This document shows, in pieces, positions 1-9,245 of a stretch of 64,000 nucleotides of DNA. The notes under the pieces are model-generated. The model worked only from the letters and a program-made list of their open reading frames with translations, ran no database searches and had not been told where the DNA came from. The position numbers and the translations under genes are program-made. Source of the stretch: Myxococcales bacterium (GTDB lineage: Bacteria; Myxococcota_A; UBA9042; JABWCM01; BTVJ01); the NCBI GenBank assembly GCA_045863395.1, contig BTVJ01000004.1, positions 152,132 to 216,131 of the forward strand, given 5' to 3'. Each line of letters begins with the position of its first letter. The first letter of the stretch is position 1.

Positions 1-366
1 CACCTGCAGGTGGTCCCGGGGTGCCTGTTCATCGCGACCAACCGGGACGCCGCAATCCTGTCCGGGGGGCGCCTGATGCCCGGCGGCGGCTCCATGGTCG
101 CCGCGGTGGAGGCGGCGACGGGGATCCGGCCCCTCCTCGCGGGGAAGCCAGGCACCGAGGTCGTCGACTGCGTGGTCGCCGACCACGGCCTGGACCGCGG
201 GCGCCTGTGCATGATCGGTGACCGCATGGACACGGACATGGCGCTGGCAGCCGCCGCGGGGATCGCCTCGCTGCTCGTCCTCACGGGGATCACCAGCGTC
301 GCCGACACGCCCCCGCCTGGGGTCGCCCCGACGGCGGTCGCGCCGAGCATCGCGGCGCTGGCCTGA
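1..366 (+). CDS. HAD-superfamily class IIA hydrolase (NagD/4-nitrophenylphosphatase-like), 5'-truncated by window edge
   Basis: Motifs ATNRD, MPGGG, AGKP and MIGDRMDTD...SLLVLTG are typical of the HAD-IIA C-terminal half. Confidence 0.85.
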   Translation, partial: HLQVVPGCLFIATNRDAAILSGGRLMPGGGSMVAAVEAATGIRPLLAGKPGTEVVDCVVADHGLDRGRLCMIGDRMDTDMALAAAAGIASLLVLTGITSVADTPPPGVAPTAVAPSIAALA

Positions 367-951
367 TCACTCGGTCTCGTTGTCCACGAAGAAGGCCGCC
401 GAGCCGTACATGGCGCACTCGGCGTTGTTGGCCTGCGGGTCCCCGAAGCCCAGGCGCTGGAAGGTGGACTGGTTGCCGTCGCAGTCCAGGTCCCCGTAGG
501 CTGACGCCGTGAAGGTCGCCGCGCTGAGGGTCCCGTCACTGTCGAAGGCGTAGACGAAGTAGTGCTCGTCGTTCATCTGGAAGGACAGCCCCGACCAGGT
601 CGGCACGTCGGTCCAGACATACGGGTCCGCGTCGCACCGGTCGTCGTTGTTGGCGTCCGGCCCCCCGAACACCTTGCAGCAGGTCGCGTTGATGGGCGTG
701 ACGCCCTGCGGGGCCGGGAACTGGCATGGCGCCTTCTCGCCCGTGTTGTGCAGGTGGGCCGCAGTGTAGTAGTGGGCCGCACCCTTGTAGATCTTGTCCA
801 GCTCGTCGATGGCCTCGGCGGTCTTGGCCCTCCGCATGTACTTGATGAAGGCGGGGACGGCCACCACCGCCAGGATCGCCAGGATGGCGACCACGATCAT
901 CAGCTCGATCAGCGTGAATCCCCTCTGCTCCCGACGCGCCCGCAACCACAT
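367..951 (-). CDS. Type IV pilin-like protein (prepilin N-terminal cleavage/methylation motif)
   Basis: MWLRARREQRG|FTLIELMIVVAILAILAVVAVPAFIKY class III signal with E5 and P22; GGAGGGAG RBS before the ATG at 951; C-terminal AYGDLDCDG motif. Confidence 0.92.
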   Translation of the reverse strand: MWLRARREQRGFTLIELMIVVAILAILAVVAVPAFIKYMRRAKTAEAIDELDKIYKGAAHYYTAAHLHNTGEKAPCQFPAPQGVTPINATCCKVFGGPDANNDDRCDADPYVWTDVPTWSGLSFQMNDEHYFVYAFDSDGTLSAATFTASAYGDLDCDGNQSTFQRLGFGDPQANNAECAMYGSAAFFVDNETE

Positions 952-987
952 GAGACTCCCTCCGCGTGAAGACGCCAGGGCGCCGGT

Positions 988-1002
988 GCATGTTTCGGGC
1001 CA
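988..1002 (-). promoter_or_regulatory. Sigma54 (-24/-12) promoter of the pilin gene
   Basis: Minus strand TGGCCCGAAACATGC has GG-N10-GC spacing and lies 37 nt upstream of the pilin start. Confidence 0.65.
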
Positions 1003-1087
1003 CGGGGAGACGACCACGCCGCTGCGAGGCGCAGCGCCGCCTGGGCCCCGCGGCCTCGCGGTCAGCTTCGCTTCCTGGTGTCCCTGG

Positions 1088-1104
1088 GTGACGCTCTGCG
1101 TCAC
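1088..1104. promoter_or_regulatory. Perfect inverted repeat, candidate enhancer-binding-protein site
   Basis: GTGACGC-TCT-GCGTCAC, about 90-100 bp upstream of the sigma54 -24 box. Confidence 0.5.
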
Positions 1105-1146
1105 TTCCTCCGCAAGGATTGCGTATCCGCCGCCTCCCCAGGGTCA

Positions 1147-1176
1147 TTGACCGGCCGGCTCGGGCGGGCGCACAAT
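1147..1176 (+). promoter_or_regulatory. Sigma70-like promoter of the CARDB gene
   Basis: TTGACC-N18-CACAAT, followed by GAGGAGG RBS and the ATG at 1213. Confidence 0.55.
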
Positions 1177-1212
1177 GCGCGCCGGTGAGGTCCATCGAGG
1201 AGGTCTGCCACC

Positions 1213-3693
1213 ATGTGCTCACGACTCGTGCGCTCCCTGCTGCCGTTCATCGCGCTGCTCGCCCTGACGGCGACGGCCACTGCCAAGCCCGACCTGGTGG
1301 TCACGGGCATCGTGCTCGACCCGGCGTCCCCGAAGTACGGTGACGGCAAGCTCACGGCGACCATCAAGAACCAGGGCCCGGACGGCACCGGCCTCTTCGT
1401 GAACATCAACATCATCATGTACTTGGACGGCAAGCAGTGTGACACCGGGCTGATCGTCGGGGGCCTCGGCGCGGGCAAGACGGCCAACGAGGACTCCACG
1501 AGCTGCAACCCGACGACCCCGGGGCCGCACAAGATCACGTTCGTCGTCGACACGGACAAGGACGTGGACGAGTCCAACGAGTCCAACAACAGCCTGGACA
1601 AGACCTTCACGTGGAGCGGTCCCGATCTGGTGATCACCGGCATCACCCTGGACCCGGCCTCCCCCAAGTTCGGTGAGGGCAAGCTCCAGGCGACCATCAA
1701 GAACCAGGGGCCCTACGGGACGGACACGTTCCTGAATATCGACGTCGACATGTACCTCGACGGCAAGAAGTGCGACACGGGGCTGGTCATCGCCGGCCTG
1801 GGCGCCGGAAAGACCGCCACCGAGGACTCCACGAGCTGCAACCCCGCGACGCCGGGTCCCCACACGGTCAAGTTCGTGGTGGACAGCACCGGGGAGGTTC
1901 CAGAGACCGACGAGACGAACAACACGTTCGAGAAGACCTTCACCTGGACCGCGCCGGATCTGGTCGTGACGGACATCGTGGTCGACAACCTCAAGCCCAA
2001 GCCGGGCCAGAACGTCAAGTGGACGGCGACCTTCAAGAACCAGGGCACGGTGGGCACGGGCCAGGTGGTGCTCAACCTGACCTACCACCTGGACGGCGCC
2101 GCGGAGCCCTGCGACGACGGGTGGCTGATGTTCGGCCTCGGGGCCGGCTCGACGGCGACGGACGACTCTACGAAGTGCACCCCGAAGACCCCCGGCGTCC
2201 ACACCATGACGGTGAAGATCGACACCGACAAGGACGTGGTCGAGACCGACGAGGGCAACAACGAGCTGACCAAGAGCTTCGACTTCGCCATCTGCGGCGA
2301 CTTCGAGCTGTGCAACGGCATCGACGACAACTGCGACGGGCAGACCGACGAGGGCTTCGGCACGATGGGCGATGCGTGTGACGGCGACGACCTGGACAAG
2401 TGCAAGGACGGCGTCCTGTCCTGCGCGGCCGACGGGAAGTCCACGGTCTGCTCGGACGACCTCGAGAGCAACTCGGAGCTGTGCAACGACAAGGACGACG
2501 ACTGCGACGGGCAGACCGACGAGGGCTTCCCGGGCCTGGGCGAGACGTGCGAGGTGACCGGGTGCGCCACGCCGGGCATCCGCAAGTGCAAGCCCGACGG
2601 GTCCGGGGTCTTCTGCGAGAAGGGCACGTCGCTGCCCGAGAGCTGCAACGGCAAGGACGACGACTGCGACGGCCAGACCGACGAGGGATACTCCATCGTC
2701 GGGACGCCTTGCGCCGTGGGTGTGGGCGCCTGCCGCCGTACCGGCGTCCACATCTGCGCGGGCGGAGGCGTCGAGTGCGACGCCACGCCGGGAGCACCGG
2801 CCGCCGAGGAGGCATGCGGCGACGGCCTCGACGACGACTGCGACGGCCTGGCCGACGAGGGCTGCTCATGCGAGCCCGGCACGTTCATCCCCTGCGGGTC
2901 CGACGTGGGCACGTGCAAGTCCGGGAGCCTGCCGTGCACCGCGTCGGGGACCTACTCCAAGGCGTGCCTGAACGCCGTCGGGCCCAAGAGCGAGAGCTGC
3001 AACGGGCTCGATGACGACTGCAACGGGAGCATCGACGAGGAGTGCCCGTGCAGCGAGGGCGAGACGCAGGCGTGCGATCAGGGGGCGGGCGCGTGCGCCA
3101 GCGGGACCCAGCGGTGCATCGACGGTGCGTGGGGCCCCTGCGAGCTGCCCTCGCTGGCCATGGACACCACGTGTGACGGGGTGGACGACGACTGCGACGG
3201 AGTGACGGACCCGCTGTGCGGCTGCATCCCGGGCGACGGGGTGGCCTGCGACGTTGCGCCCGACGACTGCGCCGACTACGAGCGCACCTGCGGTAACGAC
3301 GGCGCGTGGGGGCCCTGCGAGGCCATCCCGGGCACCGAGGTCTTCGGGTGCAACCCGGTCGGTGGCGGCGGTGGCGGTGGCGGTGGCGGTGGCGGTGGCG
3401 GCGGCGGCGGTGGCGGTGGCGGTGGCGGCGGTGGCGGCGGTGGCTGGGCGGACGCCGGCCCGGTCGGATCGGACGCTGGGCAGGACCCGGGCGGCCCGGG
3501 AGGCGACGACGACGCCTACCTCGGCAGCGGCGGAGGCGGCTTCGTCCCGCCGGACGCGGTGGAAGGCACGAGCGGAGCCGCGGGGACTGCGGGGGACGGC
3601 GGCTGCAGCCACCGGGGCGGCCCGGGCGCTCCGACCCTGCTCGCGCTGGCGCTGATCGCCCTCGCACTCACGGCCCGACGTCGAAGCGCCTGA
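1213..3693 (+). CDS. Secreted surface protein: 3x CARDB + MopE-like/putative metal-binding Cys repeats + poly-Gly + MYXO-CTERM-like tail
   Basis: Signal peptide; three PDLV..TG..-V.E.NE.NN CARDB units; repeated CNGxDDxCDGxxDE; C-terminal GGCS...TLLALALIALALTARRR. Confidence 0.88.
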   Translation: MCSRLVRSLLPFIALLALTATATAKPDLVVTGIVLDPASPKYGDGKLTATIKNQGPDGTGLFVNINIIMYLDGKQCDTGLIVGGLGAGKTANEDSTSCNPTTPGPHKITFVVDTDKDVDESNESNNSLDKTFTWSGPDLVITGITLDPASPKFGEGKLQATIKNQGPYGTDTFLNIDVDMYLDGKKCDTGLVIAGLGAGKTATEDSTSCNPATPGPHTVKFVVDSTGEVPETDETNNTFEKTFTWTAPDLVVTDIVVDNLKPKPGQNVKWTATFKNQGTVGTGQVVLNLTYHLDGAAEPCDDGWLMFGLGAGSTATDDSTKCTPKTPGVHTMTVKIDTDKDVVETDEGNNELTKSFDFAICGDFELCNGIDDNCDGQTDEGFGTMGDACDGDDLDKCKDGVLSCAADGKSTVCSDDLESNSELCNDKDDDCDGQTDEGFPGLGETCEVTGCATPGIRKCKPDGSGVFCEKGTSLPESCNGKDDDCDGQTDEGYSIVGTPCAVGVGACRRTGVHICAGGGVECDATPGAPAAEEACGDGLDDDCDGLADEGCSCEPGTFIPCGSDVGTCKSGSLPCTASGTYSKACLNAVGPKSESCNGLDDDCNGSIDEECPCSEGETQACDQGAGACASGTQRCIDGAWGPCELPSLAMDTTCDGVDDDCDGVTDPLCGCIPGDGVACDVAPDDCADYERTCGNDGAWGPCEAIPGTEVFGCNPVGGGGGGGGGGGGGGGGGGGGGGGGGGGGWADAGPVGSDAGQDPGGPGGDDDAYLGSGGGGFVPPDAVEGTSGAAGTAGDGGCSHRGGPGAPTLLALALIALALTARRRSA
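1288..2286 (+). repeat. Three tandem ~333-bp (111-aa) CARDB domain repeats
   Basis: Units start at 1288, 1621 and 1954 (PDLV); units 1 and 2 are visibly similar at DNA level. Confidence 0.85.
3361..3444 (+). repeat. (GGY)28 trinucleotide tract encoding 28 consecutive glycines
   Basis: Uninterrupted GGT/GGC run in frame. Confidence 0.95.
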
Positions 3694-3789
3694 CCGCCCA
3701 ACGACTTCGGCACTTTTGTGTTGCCACGGACCCTCCCCCTCCCTACCATCGCTCCCGACTCGACACCAACCCGCCAGGAGGGACCTGTC

Positions 3790-5199
3790 ATGATGCGCCT
3801 CGTAGGCACCAGCCTCGCCGTCGCCCTGGTGATGGGCCTGGCGGCCGTGGCAAACGCCGCTCCCCTGACGTTCACCAAGTCCGACCTGCAAGCCAGCCTG
3901 TCCGGCAAGTCCATCAAGGCCAAGAAGGCGCTCTCTGCCAACGTCGAGGTGCAGATCGAGAGCCCGACGTCTGCCCTGCTCCGCGTCACGAACACGAGCC
4001 CCGCCGGCGGGGGTGAGGCGAGGCTCCGGCGCTTCGGCTTCCAGCTCAAGGACGGTCCCCAGGCCAAGTGCCTCTCCTTGGAGGCACCCGGCACCGGCTT
4101 CAAGCTCAAGAAGGTGGCCCGCCCCTTCTGCTTCTGGGCCTCCTGGGGCATGACGTGCTGGGACGACACCAAGGAGCCGAAGAAGGTCCCCTGGAAGCAG
4201 GCGTGGAAGGAGTCGTTGTTCTCGTACAACGTCCACGTGAAGTCTCCAGTCAAGAAGCACGGCATCGCGGAGGGCGCGTCGGCGCTCGTGCGCATCAAGG
4301 TGGCGCCCTCCTGTGCCGGGTCCTTCAAGTTCACGAAGGACTCGTTCCTGCTCGCCCCCCACGCGAAGTCCGTGGGGCAGAGCGGCAACTGGGCGGCCAA
4401 GTTCAAGATCTTCAACGGAAAGAAGAAGGACCGGGGCTGCGCCGTCGGCGTCGCGGGCGTGCCGGCGCCACCTCCCCCGCCTCCGCCCCCCGCCTGCGAC
4501 CCGGAGTTCACCTGGGGAGACCTCGTCGCCACGACGGCGGATCTGACGGGCCAGGCGAGCGCATTCCTCCCCGTCGACACGCGGGCCGGCAGCGCCCAGG
4601 TCATGGTCAACGGCGGTGTCGGGTTCGGGGGACCTTGGACTGACGCGCCATACGAGGCAATCACGGCGACCTTGCGCAACGGAGCGGGCGTCATCGTGGA
4701 GCAGCTCCAGGCAAACCGCCGCTGGCCGCCTCCGCTGGACGCAGACGGGTGCAATCCGACGCGCGACTATCCCGAGTGCTGGAGCTGGTGGGACGCAGCG
4801 GTGGACGGTCTGCTGGCCCTCGCGCTCCCCACCTGGAGCGACGGCTCCAACGCTGGGTTCGACGACGGCCCCCTCCGCCCGACCGTGACGGCCCAGATCC
4901 TGAGCGAGGACGTGGGCGAGCCGGACGACAACGCCCACCAGACCGTGGTGGTGCAGTGGCACGCGCCGCTGGGGCTCGAGAACGCCCAGCTCCTGCTCCG
5001 CGCCAGGTACGATGCGTCCCTCGACGGCAGCTTCAACGACGAGCCCTTCGTCACGCTGCTGTCACTCAACATCGGCGCCGAGGACGTGTTCTCGCCGGAC
5101 CTGCTCGTGGAGATCAGCGAGGACCTGACCACCCTGACGGCGACGTTCAGCGTGCAAGCGGGCCTCGAGGCGGTCTGCCGGGACTACGAGGGCCTCTGA
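3790..5199 (+). CDS. Secreted hypothetical protein (Lys-rich N-domain, poly-Pro linker, acidic C-domain)
   Basis: AGGAGGG RBS; signal peptide MMRLVGTSLAVALVMGLAAVANA; GC3-biased codons. Confidence 0.75.
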   Translation: MMRLVGTSLAVALVMGLAAVANAAPLTFTKSDLQASLSGKSIKAKKALSANVEVQIESPTSALLRVTNTSPAGGGEARLRRFGFQLKDGPQAKCLSLEAPGTGFKLKKVARPFCFWASWGMTCWDDTKEPKKVPWKQAWKESLFSYNVHVKSPVKKHGIAEGASALVRIKVAPSCAGSFKFTKDSFLLAPHAKSVGQSGNWAAKFKIFNGKKKDRGCAVGVAGVPAPPPPPPPPACDPEFTWGDLVATTADLTGQASAFLPVDTRAGSAQVMVNGGVGFGGPWTDAPYEAITATLRNGAGVIVEQLQANRRWPPPLDADGCNPTRDYPECWSWWDAAVDGLLALALPTWSDGSNAGFDDGPLRPTVTAQILSEDVGEPDDNAHQTVVVQWHAPLGLENAQLLLRARYDASLDGSFNDEPFVTLLSLNIGAEDVFSPDLLVEISEDLTTLTATFSVQAGLEAVCRDYEGL

Positions 5200-5231
5200 G
5201 CCGAGCGCCACCTCCGCACCCGCCCGTTCCC

Positions 5232-6038
5232 CTACTTCCCCAGAACACGCCCCCGCAGGTACTCGGCGGCCGTCTCGTCCAGCAGCCCGCACTTGCGGAT
5301 GGCCGTGTAGCTGACCCGCACCTCGGCCTTGGCGCCCATGCGGGACGGGAGCGCGCCCTGGGCGTGGGACAGCACGCAGGAGGCGGCAGCGGTGACGGCC
5401 CCGATGCGCGTGAAGGGCACGGCGTGGAAGGTGATTCGCACCGCGCAGCCTCCCGTGGCGCAGCCGGTGGCCTGGTGCGTGACCCGGTCGGCCGCCGACG
5501 CCCCGTAGCAGCCGTCCGTGCAGGGGGCGACCGCCATCGTCCCGGGCCAGTCGGGGACGTAGGCGCAGGTGGCCTCGCCCTCGGCGCACAGGGCGCCGCT
5601 GAGGGTCCCGAGGCCCGGGACGCTCGCCGTGGAGCCCTCCTCGATGACCGGCTCCACGTCCGCCTCCGACAGATCGATGAAGCTCGTTCCCTGCGCCGTG
5701 GCCTCGTCGACGAGGAGCAGGTCGACCACGTCCCCCGACGGGCCGTCCGCGAGGGTCTGACCCTGCTGCAGTGCCCGCACGGCGGCGCGGAACAGGAGGG
5801 CGTCGGCGGGCGCGAGGGCGCGGACCTCGTCGAACACGGCCGCGGCCTCCTCCTGGTCCGACACCTGGATGAGGTAGCGCCAGGCGAGCTCGTCGAGGGC
5901 GGCGACGGGCTGGGTGTGCGCAGCGGTCGGCTCCACGCCCGCGGCGGCCAGGAGCTTGTTGCTGTCGAGGGTCAGCTCCCCGCAGGCAGCGAGCGCCGAG
6001 AGTGAGAGGGCAGAGGCGAGCAGCGCGTGGTGTCTCAT
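5232..6038 (-). CDS. Hypothetical lipoprotein with Cys-containing C-terminal domain
   Basis: AGGAG RBS; lipobox LAAC. Confidence 0.7.
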   Translation of the reverse strand: MRHHALLASALSLSALAACGELTLDSNKLLAAAGVEPTAAHTQPVAALDELAWRYLIQVSDQEEAAAVFDEVRALAPADALLFRAAVRALQQGQTLADGPSGDVVDLLLVDEATAQGTSFIDLSEADVEPVIEEGSTASVPGLGTLSGALCAEGEATCAYVPDWPGTMAVAPCTDGCYGASAADRVTHQATGCATGGCAVRITFHAVPFTRIGAVTAAASCVLSHAQGALPSRMGAKAEVRVSYTAIRKCGLLDETAAEYLRGRVLGK

Positions 6039-6107
6039 GGGCTCCTGCCGTTGTGTGGGAACGGGGCGGTCAACCAGACCATCCGTTGTCCCTGACGGCA
6101 GGGTTGA

Positions 6108-6911
6108 TCACTTCTTTCTGAGGCGATCCAAAGCGTCTCTGGCGTAGACGCGCACGTCCTCGTGCTCGTGGCCTTCCAGGCGGCGCAGCGCGTCGCCTGC
6201 CTTCGGGTCGCCGACGCGGCCCAGCGCGTAGGCGATGGCTCCGAGCACCGGGGGCTCCTTCTCGCTTGCGGCGGCCCGCAGGAGCCCGTCGACGCACGAG
6301 GGGTCCGCCAGCTCGCCCAATGCGGTGGCCGCGCGCACCCGCACGGGGACGTTCAGATCCTGCTCCACGCGCTCCACGAGCGGGCCCGTGGCGCGGCGAT
6401 CTCCGACCGAGCCCAGCGCCTCGGCCGCGTAGCCGCGCACCTCGTCGTCCTTGTCGCGGAGCGCAGCCACCAGGGGCTCCACGCTCGCCGGGTCGCGCAC
6501 GCGGCCGAGCGCGACCACCGCCGCAAAGCGGACGTTCAGGTCCACGTCGGAGAGGGCCTTCAGGAGCGCCGGCGTCGCCTCGCGGGAGCCCGCCGCGCCG
6601 AGCGCGAAGGCTGCGGCGGCGCGCACGCGGACCTTCGGGTCGCCCAAGAGCCCGGCGACGCGCTCCCGCGCCGCATCGACCGGCACCTCGCTCAGGACGC
6701 CGAGGGCCCAGAAGCGCGTCAGCTCATCGGGTGCGTCGAGGGCGGCGGAGAGCCCCGGCCAGACCCCCGGGCCCAGCGCGATGAGGGCGCGGGCGGCCTC
6801 GCAGGTCTCCAGGCTCTCGCAGGACGCGAGGCCGCGGATCAGCGTGGCGGTGTCGGGAGGGTCGGCGAGGGCGGGGGTGGCCAGCAGGAGCACGAGCAGC
6901 GCGGTCTTCAT
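6108..6911 (-). CDS. Exported HEAT-repeat (PBS lyase-like) protein
   Basis: Signal MKTALLVLLLATPALA; repeated VRxxAAxALG units. Confidence 0.85.
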   Translation of the reverse strand: MKTALLVLLLATPALADPPDTATLIRGLASCESLETCEAARALIALGPGVWPGLSAALDAPDELTRFWALGVLSEVPVDAARERVAGLLGDPKVRVRAAAAFALGAAGSREATPALLKALSDVDLNVRFAAVVALGRVRDPASVEPLVAALRDKDDEVRGYAAEALGSVGDRRATGPLVERVEQDLNVPVRVRAATALGELADPSCVDGLLRAAASEKEPPVLGAIAYALGRVGDPKAGDALRRLEGHEHEDVRVYARDALDRLRKK

Positions 6912-7059
6912 GGCCGCCAGCATGGCACAGGGGCGCGCCGTTGGCCAGGGTCCCGGAGTGCAGTGTTGGAGGGGCGCCTGCCCGCTACTGCGGACCCGAT
7001 GGTCAGAACTGGCGTCGGGACGCCGTCGGCGGTATTCACACGGGAGCGAGGTGGCGCCC

Positions 7060-8607
7060 ATGTGGACCGCGGTCCTGGACGAGCTGCACGAGAGCATGAC
7101 CTTCTGGGTCGCGGGCGCCCTCCTGCTCACCGCCCTCGTGGTGCTGCGGCTCGCCCCCGCGGACCGCAAGCGCCTGCGGACCATGGCAGCCCTGCTCGGG
7201 CTGCACCTGGTGCTCGCCCTCACGGCAGCGGGACTCCGGGAGGTCGGAGCGAGAGCCTACACGACGGTCCACGCCATCTCGGTGCTCACGCTGGTGGCTG
7301 CGGCCGTCGGGATGGGGGTGACGCTCGTCTTCTCGGCGCTGCTGCCGCGCCTCGGGCTTCGGCTGCCGCGCATCATCCAGGACCTGACCGGCGCAGTGGG
7401 GATGATCGTCGCGACGGTGGCCCTGGCGTCGGCGGCGGGCGTGAACCTGTCGGGGCTCATCGCCACGTCAGCGGTCCTGACGGCGGTGATCGGCCTCGCG
7501 TTCCAGGACACCCTCGGCAACGTCATGGGGGGCCTGGTGCTCCAGACCGAGGGGACGCTGCGGGTGGGCGACTGGATCCGCTTCGACGACGTGGTGGGGC
7601 GCATCGTGGACGTGCGGTGGCGGTACACGGCCATCGAGACGCGCAACTGGGAGACCCTGGTCATCCCCAACGGCACCCTCGTCAAGAACAAGGTCATGGT
7701 GCTCGGGCGGCGCACGGGGATGCCCACGCTGTGGCGCCGCTGGGTGTGGTTCAACGTGGACTTCCGGTTCCCGCCCCAGGAGGTCATCGACGCGGTCAAC
7801 GCGGCGCTGGTCGCGGCCCCCATCCCCCGGGTGGCCACGGAGCCGGCGCCCCACGCGCTGTGCATGGACCTCGGGGAGAGCGCCGCCCGGTACGCCGTGC
7901 GCTACTGGCTCAACGACCTGGCCGTGGACGACCTGACGGACAGCGCCATCCGGGCGCGAATCTTCCTGGCGCTCAAGCGGGCGGGGATCCCTCCGGCCAT
8001 CCCCGCTGCGGCCCGCTTCGTGAGCCAGACCACCGAGCGCGACGAGCGCCAGGCCGTGCGGTTCCGGCAGCGGTGCAAGGAGGCCATCGCCGCCACCGAG
8101 CTGTTCTCGCACCTGCCGGAGGAGGACCGGGCGGTGCTGGCCGACGGCCTGCGCTACGCCCCCTTCACCCGCGGCGAGGTGATCACCCGCCAGGGCGCCG
8201 AGGCCCACTGGCTGTACCTGCTGCGACACGGGGAGGTCTCGGTGCGGGTGACCCAGGATGGCATCGAGAAGGAGGTCAACCACCTGGGCCCGGGCGACTT
8301 CTTCGGCGAGATGTCCCTCATGACCGGCGAGCGGCGCCTGGCGACCGTGGTGGCGCTGACGGACGTGGAGTGCTACCGCCTCGACCGGCACGTGTTCGAG
8401 CAGATCATCCACAACCGGCCGCAGCTCGCCGAGGAGGTGGGAAACGTCCTCGCGGAGCGGCGCCTGAAGCTGGTCGCCGTGCGGGACGACCTGGACCACG
8501 AGGCGGCGGCGCGGCGCCTCGCGCAGACGCGAACGGACGTCGTGAAGCGCATCCGCACCTTCTTCGGTCTGAACGAACCTGAGCGTGGAGAGCCCGAGGA
8601 CCGGTGA
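7060..8607 (+). CDS. MscS-family mechanosensitive channel with C-terminal cNMP-binding domain (bCNG-like)
   Basis: TM helices; GLAFQDTLGN...LRVGDWI...LVIPN MscS motifs; FGEMSLMTGERRLATV cNMP motif. Confidence 0.92.
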   Translation: MWTAVLDELHESMTFWVAGALLLTALVVLRLAPADRKRLRTMAALLGLHLVLALTAAGLREVGARAYTTVHAISVLTLVAAAVGMGVTLVFSALLPRLGLRLPRIIQDLTGAVGMIVATVALASAAGVNLSGLIATSAVLTAVIGLAFQDTLGNVMGGLVLQTEGTLRVGDWIRFDDVVGRIVDVRWRYTAIETRNWETLVIPNGTLVKNKVMVLGRRTGMPTLWRRWVWFNVDFRFPPQEVIDAVNAALVAAPIPRVATEPAPHALCMDLGESAARYAVRYWLNDLAVDDLTDSAIRARIFLALKRAGIPPAIPAAARFVSQTTERDERQAVRFRQRCKEAIAATELFSHLPEEDRAVLADGLRYAPFTRGEVITRQGAEAHWLYLLRHGEVSVRVTQDGIEKEVNHLGPGDFFGEMSLMTGERRLATVVALTDVECYRLDRHVFEQIIHNRPQLAEEVGNVLAERRLKLVAVRDDLDHEAAARRLAQTRTDVVKRIRTFFGLNEPERGEPEDR

Positions 8608-8692
8608 CCCCAGGGCGTGCGTCGCGTCCTCGTGCTTGCGGCGTCGATGGGGTATCCTCCGCGCGTGTCCGCCACCTGATCGAGGAGACCTC

Positions 8693-9241
8693 ATGCACCA
8701 CCGCACCCTGCTACGGGCCGTCGACTTCGCCGCCCGAAAGCACAGGGATCAGCGCCGCAAGGACGACGCGGCGTCCCCCTACATCAACCACCCCGTCGCT
8801 GTGGCCCTGCTGCTCGCGGAGGTGGGCGGCGTGTCCGACCCGGACGTCCTCGCGGCGGCGATCCTCCACGACACCCTGGAGGACACCGACACCGCGCCGG
8901 CGGAGCTCGAGGCCGAGTTTGGCGCGCGGGTGCGCGCGCTGGTGGAGGAGGTCACCGACGACAAGCGGCTCCCGAAGCCCGAGCGCAAGCGCCTCCAGGT
9001 GGAGCACGCGCGGTCCCTATCGCCCGGCGCCGCTGCCATCAAGCTCGGGGACAAGATCGCCAACGTCCGGGACGTCACGAGCTCTCCGCCCACGGGGTGG
9101 AGCCTGGAGCGGCGCACCGAGTACCTGGAGTGGGCGCAGGCCGTGGTGCGGGCCTGTCCACCGGTGAACCAGGAGCTCCTCGACCTCTTCGAGCTGGTGA
9201 TCGCCGAGGGGAGGCGGGTCCTGGAGTCCGCGACGGAGTAA
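8693..9241 (+). CDS. HD-domain small alarmone hydrolase (Mesh1/HDDC3-like)
   Basis: FAARKHRDQRRK...PYINHP...AAILHDTLEDT...EEVTDDK...IKLGDKIAN. Confidence 0.9.
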   Translation: MHHRTLLRAVDFAARKHRDQRRKDDAASPYINHPVAVALLLAEVGGVSDPDVLAAAILHDTLEDTDTAPAELEAEFGARVRALVEEVTDDKRLPKPERKRLQVEHARSLSPGAAAIKLGDKIANVRDVTSSPPTGWSLERRTEYLEWAQAVVRACPPVNQELLDLFELVIAEGRRVLESATE

Positions 9242-9245
9242 GAGA

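Noticed and set aside
1021..1140. Possible c-di-GMP riboswitch upstream of the pilin
   Set aside because: No GEMM-I or class II consensus found, and the region lies upstream of the predicted promoter
3706..3724. CGGCACTTTTGTGTTGC as a sigma54 promoter
   Set aside because: GG-to-GC spacing is 12, not the required 10
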